Origin: Edaphobacter sp.
GTDB taxonomy: Bacteria; Acidobacteriota; Terriglobia; Terriglobales; Acidobacteriaceae
DNA length: 64,000 nucleotides
Direction of reading: 5' to 3'
Assembly: GCA_025462645.1 (NCBI GenBank)
Contig: JAOAPB010000007.1
Location: 58,573 to 122,572, forward strand
Shown: positions 58,727 through 64,000 of the stretch, piece by piece
How positions within the stretch are numbered: the stretch's first letter is position 1
Layout of the letters: each line of letters opens with the position of its first letter
Notes under the pieces: model-generated
What the model saw: only the letters and a program-made list of their open reading frames with translations
What the model was told of the DNA's origin: nothing
Databases searched by the model: none
Made by a program: the position numbers and the translations under genes

Positions 58727-60889
58727 ATGAAGAGTTCCTACAAAAGTGCAGCCTCGATCGGACTCTTTGCGCTTAGCCTCGGCATCCCCGGGCTTGGTCA
58801 GGACTCCACACACTCCACGACTAATTGGCCGATGATCGGGGGAAATCCCGGGAACTCGCATTACTCAAGCCTCAAGCAGATTAACCGCTCCAATGTGTCC
58901 AAGCTGAAGGTGGCGTGGACCTTTGAGACCGGTGAGTCTGGCGGACTCGAGACAACACCGATCGTCATTGACGGTGTCCTCTATGCCTTCACCCCATCAC
59001 AGAAGGTCATCGCACTCAACGCGGCAACGGGAAAACTTCTATGGAAGTTCGACTCCGGGATCAAGGGCACCGGCCCTGACCGCGGGCTGACCTACTGGAC
59101 TGACGGTAAGGACAAGCGCCTCCTGGCCGGCGTGATGAACTTCCTCTATGCGTTTGATCCAGCGACGGGCAACGTCATTCCCAGCTTCGGAAAAGATGGA
59201 AGGATCGACCTTCGCGAGGATCTGGGGCGCGATCCGCTCCTGCAGTCCATCGCTCTGACGAGCCCTGGGGTCATTTATAAAAACCTGATAATCGTCGGCG
59301 GTCGAACTCCTGAGACTCTTCCTGCCCCGCCGGGCGATATCCGCGCATACGATGTTCGGACCGGTGCGCTTCGCTGGTCTTTTCACACCATCCCCCACCC
59401 TGGAGAGTTCGGCTACGACACCTGGCCCAGAGAGGCGTGGAAGACAAGCGGCGCGGCAAACAACTGGGCTGGTATGGCAGTCGACCTCGAGCGGGGCATC
59501 GTCTTTGTCCCTATCGGATCTGCGGCGCCCGACTTCTATGGAGCCACGAGAGTCGGCGACAATCTCTACGCGGATACGCTCGTCGCGCTCAATGCCGAAA
59601 CCGGTCAGCGGATCTGGCACTTTCAGGGAGTTCATCACGACATCTGGGACCGGGATTTTCCCGCTCCTCCTATTCTCGTCTCCGTCATGCAGCATGGGAA
59701 ACTGATTCCTGCAGTCGCCCAAACGACGAAGCAGGGATACCTGTATGCCCTCAACCGCATCACAGGCGACAGCCTCTTTTCTATCGAGAATCGGCCATAT
59801 CCGGCCAGTACCACGCCGGGAGAGAAGGCCTCCGCGACCCAGCCTTACCCCCTCAAGCCGGAGCCCTTCGCTCCGCAGACCGTGACGGAAGATACCCTCA
59901 CCAACCGGACGCCAGAGGCGCATCAGTGGGCGTTAAAGCGCCTTCGCGAGATGCGACACGACGGTCAGTTCGTTCCGCTCAGCGTCGGCAAAGATACTCT
60001 CGTCTCTCCCAGCTTCGAAGGAGGAGCCGAATGGGGCGGCCCGGCCGTGGATCCGGAGACCGGCATCCTCTACGTCAACGCCAACAACTATGCGTCGATG
60101 GGGGCGCTTGCGGTTAATACCGGCGACTCCCCCGGCCGGAAGACCTACCTGAGCCAGTGCAGCGTCTGTCACGGTGAGCGTCGCGCCGGCTCTGCTCCGG
60201 AGTTCCCCTCTCTCCTCGACATCACCCACAGGCTCACGACCGAGCAGATTATCTCGACGATTCACGACGGCAAGGGGCGCATGCCAGCTATGCCAATTGA
60301 GGGAAGATCGTTGATTGACCTGCTCGACTATCTCGGCACCGATAAGGACCTCTCCCCCGGCAATATCGCCGTGAGTGAGGATCAGACAGCTACCAATGGA
60401 AAGACGTCTGGAGCGCAAGCGACCAGCGCGATGCCTCCTCAGGATGCTGCCGCGCAGTACACCATGACTGGCTATCGGCGGTTCGTGGATCCCGACGGCT
60501 ACCCCGCCACCGCTACCCCCTGGGGAAGCCTGAATGCCCTCGATCTCAAGACCGGCAAATATCTCTGGCAGCATTCCTTGGGACAGTATCCGGAGCTGGT
60601 CGCGAAGGGCATGCCCGACACCGGCAGCGAGAACTATGGCGGTCCGATCGTCACCTCTGGGGGCCTGATCTTCATCGCAGCGACCAACTTCGATAAGAAG
60701 ATTCGCGCCTTCGACAAGACGACTGGCAAGCTCCTCTGGGAGGCCACCCTTCCTTTTGCGGGAAATGCTACCCCTGCTACCTACGAGGTCGATGGCCGGC
60801 AATATGTCGTCATTGCCGCAGGAGGCAGCAGCATGAACCCTCGGGGTCCCATAGGTGGCGTTTACGTGGCGTTTGCTCTTCCCAGGTGA
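58727..60889 (+). CDS. PQQ-dependent dehydrogenase with inserted cytochrome c domain
   Basis: Signal peptide, PQQ propeller motifs (YSSLKQIN, HHDIWDRD, GGAEWGG, ATPATY), internal CSVCH...GRMP. Confidence 0.9.
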   Translation: MKSSYKSAASIGLFALSLGIPGLGQDSTHSTTNWPMIGGNPGNSHYSSLKQINRSNVSKLKVAWTFETGESGGLETTPIVIDGVLYAFTPSQKVIALNAATGKLLWKFDSGIKGTGPDRGLTYWTDGKDKRLLAGVMNFLYAFDPATGNVIPSFGKDGRIDLREDLGRDPLLQSIALTSPGVIYKNLIIVGGRTPETLPAPPGDIRAYDVRTGALRWSFHTIPHPGEFGYDTWPREAWKTSGAANNWAGMAVDLERGIVFVPIGSAAPDFYGATRVGDNLYADTLVALNAETGQRIWHFQGVHHDIWDRDFPAPPILVSVMQHGKLIPAVAQTTKQGYLYALNRITGDSLFSIENRPYPASTTPGEKASATQPYPLKPEPFAPQTVTEDTLTNRTPEAHQWALKRLREMRHDGQFVPLSVGKDTLVSPSFEGGAEWGGPAVDPETGILYVNANNYASMGALAVNTGDSPGRKTYLSQCSVCHGERRAGSAPEFPSLLDITHRLTTEQIISTIHDGKGRMPAMPIEGRSLIDLLDYLGTDKDLSPGNIAVSEDQTATNGKTSGAQATSAMPPQDAAAQYTMTGYRRFVDPDGYPATATPWGSLNALDLKTGKYLWQHSLGQYPELVAKGMPDTGSENYGGPIVTSGGLIFIAATNFDKKIRAFDKTTGKLLWEATLPFAGNATPATYEVDGRQYVVIAAGGSSMNPRGPIGGVYVAFALPR

Positions 60890-61228
60890 CCGGCGGCCAG
60901 ACGTTACTGCCTTCGGATTGGCCTGGAGCTTTAGCCCTTCGAACATCTTTCTGAGAATCTGAGGGCACTTTTGCCGCGGGCCTTCCTTTACGAACCGCGA
61001 TCAAATGTTTCAGCACTCTCTTCGGCCGTGCCGCAAGTGCCCGGTTTTATCTACAACTTTAGTTGCGGAGTCGGTCTCCTTTCGTCGAAAGGATTCTGTG
61101 AAGCTCTCAAGTAGTATGCCGATAGAGTGAGAGTAAGCGGCTGAAATTGACTCCCTTCCCATATTTCCGGAGAAAGTCACTTGGCCGTACAATAGGCTCA
61201 TCCTCGCATTTAGGAACGAACCCGCCGA

Positions 61229-62293
61229 ATGTCGTCAAACAATTTTCAGATGCGTTACTCCCGCATTCACAACATGCGGTCACTCTTCAGCTTGTTCTCC
61301 AGCGACCTGGCGATCGATCTGGGCACGGCGAACACCCTCGTCTTCGCACATGGCAAGGGCATCATCGTCAATGAGCCATCCATCATCGCGGTGAACAAGA
61401 TCACCAACGAGGTCGAAGCCGTCGGCAGAGAGGCCAAGGAGATGCTCGGGCGCACGCCGGGCAATATCGTCGCCATCAAGCCCATGAAGGACGGCGTCAT
61501 CGCCGACTTCCGCCACACCGAGAAGATGTTGAACTACTTCATCCAGAAGGCGCACAACCGCAAGATGATGGTCCACCCCCGCATCGTCATCGGCGTCCCC
61601 TCTGAGATCACCCAGGTCGAGAAGCGCGCCGTCATGGACTCCGCTTACAGGGCCAAGGCATCTGAGGTCCATCTCGTAGAACAGGCCATGGTCGCCGCCA
61701 TCGGCGCGGGCTTGCCCATCACCGAGCCCGGCGGCAACATGGTCGTCGACATCGGCGGGGGCACCACCGACATCGCCGTCATCTCGCTCGCCGGCATCGT
61801 CTACTCGCGCTCCGTCCGCATGGCCGGTAACCAGATGGACGAAGCCGTCATGACCTACCTCAAGCGGAAGTACAACCTGCTGATCGGCGAGCGCACAGCC
61901 GAGCAGATCAAGATCTCGCTCGGTTCGGCCTACCCGCTCGACAAGCCCATCGAGATGGAGGTCAAGGGGCGCAACCTGATCGAGGGCGTTCCCAAGACCA
62001 TCACGATTGAAGACTCGGAGATCCGCGAAGCCCTCTCGGAGTGCATCGCAACCATCATCAACGCGATCCGCGTAGCCCTCGAGCGCACCCCGCCCGAGCT
62101 CTCCGCCGACATCTCCGACCGCGGCATCGTCCTTACCGGCGGCGGCGCCCTCATCAAAAATCTCGACAAGCGGATTCGCGAGGAGACGGGCCTACCCGTC
62201 TCGATCGCAGACGACCCGCTGGCCAGCGTAGTGCTCGGAACCGGAAAGATGCTCTCCGACTTCAAGCTGCTGCGGAAGATCTCGATCGATTAG
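61229..62293 (+). CDS. mreB: Actin-like protein MreB
   Basis: IDLGTANT, EPS, DGVIAD, DIGGGTT, GIVLTGGGA. Confidence 0.97.
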   Translation: MSSNNFQMRYSRIHNMRSLFSLFSSDLAIDLGTANTLVFAHGKGIIVNEPSIIAVNKITNEVEAVGREAKEMLGRTPGNIVAIKPMKDGVIADFRHTEKMLNYFIQKAHNRKMMVHPRIVIGVPSEITQVEKRAVMDSAYRAKASEVHLVEQAMVAAIGAGLPITEPGGNMVVDIGGGTTDIAVISLAGIVYSRSVRMAGNQMDEAVMTYLKRKYNLLIGERTAEQIKISLGSAYPLDKPIEMEVKGRNLIEGVPKTITIEDSEIREALSECIATIINAIRVALERTPPELSADISDRGIVLTGGGALIKNLDKRIREETGLPVSIADDPLASVVLGTGKMLSDFKLLRKISID

Positions 62294-62316
62294 TTTTGGT
62301 TCTACTTTTGGTTAGA

Positions 62317-62350
62317 GCCGAGGCCCCGCCACCGCGGGGCCTTGGCCTTT
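62317..62350 (+). terminator. Terminator after mreB
   Basis: GCCGAGGCCCCGC-CACC-GCGGGGCCTTGGC then CTTT. Confidence 0.7.
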
Positions 62351-62564
62351 AATCCCAAAGGAAGCCCTAAAGAAGACCTCAAAATATAGTTGAAATTCGT
62401 GGCATACTTTTACTCCCTGAAACAAGGAAGTCAGCAATCCATGTTTGCCACACCCTTCACCACATCCTGACCATAAAAACACCACGATTACGCACTACTT
62501 TCCTCAAAAAACCCCTATTTTCTGATCTTTTCGCCTGCCCACCACCCAATTTAAAATTGACAAA

Positions 62565-63965
62565 TTAAGCAACATTCGAATGTGCAAGGCTCACCCGGAT
62601 GCGATCGATACGGCGGTCTGTACTGGCCAGAACCTCCAGGCGCAGACCATCCTCCTCAACCACCTCGCCCGGCAGGGGAATATGCCCCGCAATCTCTGAC
62701 ACCAGCCCTCCAAGTGTCGTAGATTCATACTTTTCCGAGATTCGAAAAACTGGCGGCTCATCCCGGGAATCGCGGATGTCATACTCCTCAGGCGAATCCG
62801 CAGGATGCGACTCCCCCTCCTCAACCGCACGACGGCTGGAAGCCTCAAGCTGCTCGGCAAACAGCTCGCGCAGGCGTGAAATTTCAAAGCTGCCCGAAAC
62901 GACATAAGACCCATCCGCCTCCCGAATCGGAGCATCATCCGCCTCAGCATCTTCATGCTCATCGGCGATATTGCCCACAATTGCTTCAAGCAGATCCTCA
63001 ATCGTGACAAGACCAGCCACACTGCCATATTCGTCAATAACAATGCGCATATGCTGCTTTTCGCGCTGCATCTCGCGAAGCAACTCAGCCACCTTTTTTA
63101 TCTCGGGCACAAAGGCAGCAGGACGCTGTATCTGCGCCACTGTCCGCGTATTTGCATCTGAATCAAGAACTTGCAGCAAATCGTGCGCGAAGGCGATGCC
63201 GGTGATCTGATCCAGTGACGTAGAGTACACAGGCACTCGCGAGAAGGCATGTTTGTTGATCTGGGCAGTAAATTCGCGAAGACTCAATGTACCTGGAACA
63301 GCGAATATCTCCGGACGCGGCGTCATCACCTCGCGAACCACCTTGTCGCCAAACTCCACTACCGACCGTACCAAATCTCGATCTGACTCCTCCAGGATGC
63401 CCTCTTCCTCCCCTGCTTCGAGCAGTGCCTCCATGGCCTCAGAGGGATGCTCCTCCTCCTCTGTGTCCTCGGGCTCAGCCAGCGCGGCGATGGAAAGCAG
63501 GAGTTGAAGAAGCATCGTGATAGGCAAGATCAGGTAGAAGAGCACCTGGATGAGCGGTCGGATACGGGCGATCCATAGGCCGCGCGTACGCGTAAATAAA
63601 ATCTGCGGCAGCAGACGATCAAAGATGAGGATGAGGAGAATGAGCTCACAGGCAGCGCGGATAATCTCCGAGGTGCTGGGAGTGCGGGCCAATAATGGGA
63701 GCAGACCAGTGTGGGGATAGAGGTGCAACCCGAAGAAGAGAGCAATAGCCGCAAGGGTGAGCTGACGGAGAACCGAGGCAGAGAGTGCAATGGATTCGCG
63801 ACCGAGACGAAGCCTGGGTTCGACCACCTCTTCCCAGGAGTCGATGTTGTCCTGATACTCTCGCGCCAGGAACTTTCCCATCTCCGAGTACACGCGATCC
63901 ACATACGCGGCCAACGCCAGAATGGCGAGGAGAACGACGAGGGTAAAGAAATAGGCAGGGCTCAT
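62565..63965 (-). CDS. Hemolysin/CNNM-CorC family protein (TM + CBS pair + CorC domain)
   Basis: VREVMTPR, FSRVPVY, VIDEYG..AGLVTIEDLLE.IVG, TLGGL. Confidence 0.93.
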   Translation of the reverse strand: MSPAYFFTLVVLLAILALAAYVDRVYSEMGKFLAREYQDNIDSWEEVVEPRLRLGRESIALSASVLRQLTLAAIALFFGLHLYPHTGLLPLLARTPSTSEIIRAACELILLILIFDRLLPQILFTRTRGLWIARIRPLIQVLFYLILPITMLLQLLLSIAALAEPEDTEEEEHPSEAMEALLEAGEEEGILEESDRDLVRSVVEFGDKVVREVMTPRPEIFAVPGTLSLREFTAQINKHAFSRVPVYSTSLDQITGIAFAHDLLQVLDSDANTRTVAQIQRPAAFVPEIKKVAELLREMQREKQHMRIVIDEYGSVAGLVTIEDLLEAIVGNIADEHEDAEADDAPIREADGSYVVSGSFEISRLRELFAEQLEASSRRAVEEGESHPADSPEEYDIRDSRDEPPVFRISEKYESTTLGGLVSEIAGHIPLPGEVVEEDGLRLEVLASTDRRIDRIRVSLAHSNVA

Positions 63966-64000
63966 GCTGTCCGCCTACGTTTTGTTGCGGTGACGCGCTC
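63962..64000 (-). CDS. 3' end of an upstream gene (possibly ybeY)
   Basis: Open frame ERVTATKRRRTA* with ATGA overlap; identity guessed from the common ybeY-corC order only. Confidence 0.4.
   Translation of the reverse strand, partial: ERVTATKRRRTA

Overview
GC-rich chromosomal window. The ADOP permease, gene content and repeat types suggest Acidobacteriota, probably Acidobacteriaceae (inference). Most of it is housekeeping: ribF, PBP1a, tRNA-Met, kdsB, PMM/manC, coaD, recA, two-domain thyX, fabG, mqnC, rne/rng, rodA-mrdA-mreD-mreC, era, ntrYX, ald, mreB and a CorC-family gene. The most unusual signals are non-coding or structural. (1) A 1,681-bp transposase-less element (13784-15464) has TGT...ACA termini resembling Tn7 ends, asymmetric arrays of ~18-bp internal repeats and a CCGT target duplication. 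It carries one secreted HAF-repeat gene and sits inside a dispersed REP-like repeat. (2) A ~270-bp element occurs in two inverted copies around satP-recA-thyX-fabG, each with identically spaced TAA-N19-TTA sites, a hairpin and a C6G6-type palindromic end. (3) Composite REP-like modules are oriented in the 3' flanks of genes. (4) mreB is split from mreCD and era from corC, as a single inversion would explain. Protein oddities include an S41 protease lacking both catalytic residues, an RNase E/G with ~730 aa inserted in its S1 domain, a P460-family cytochrome without the cross-link Lys, and NtrX without GAFTGA. All calls come from reading motifs by eye; no searches were run.
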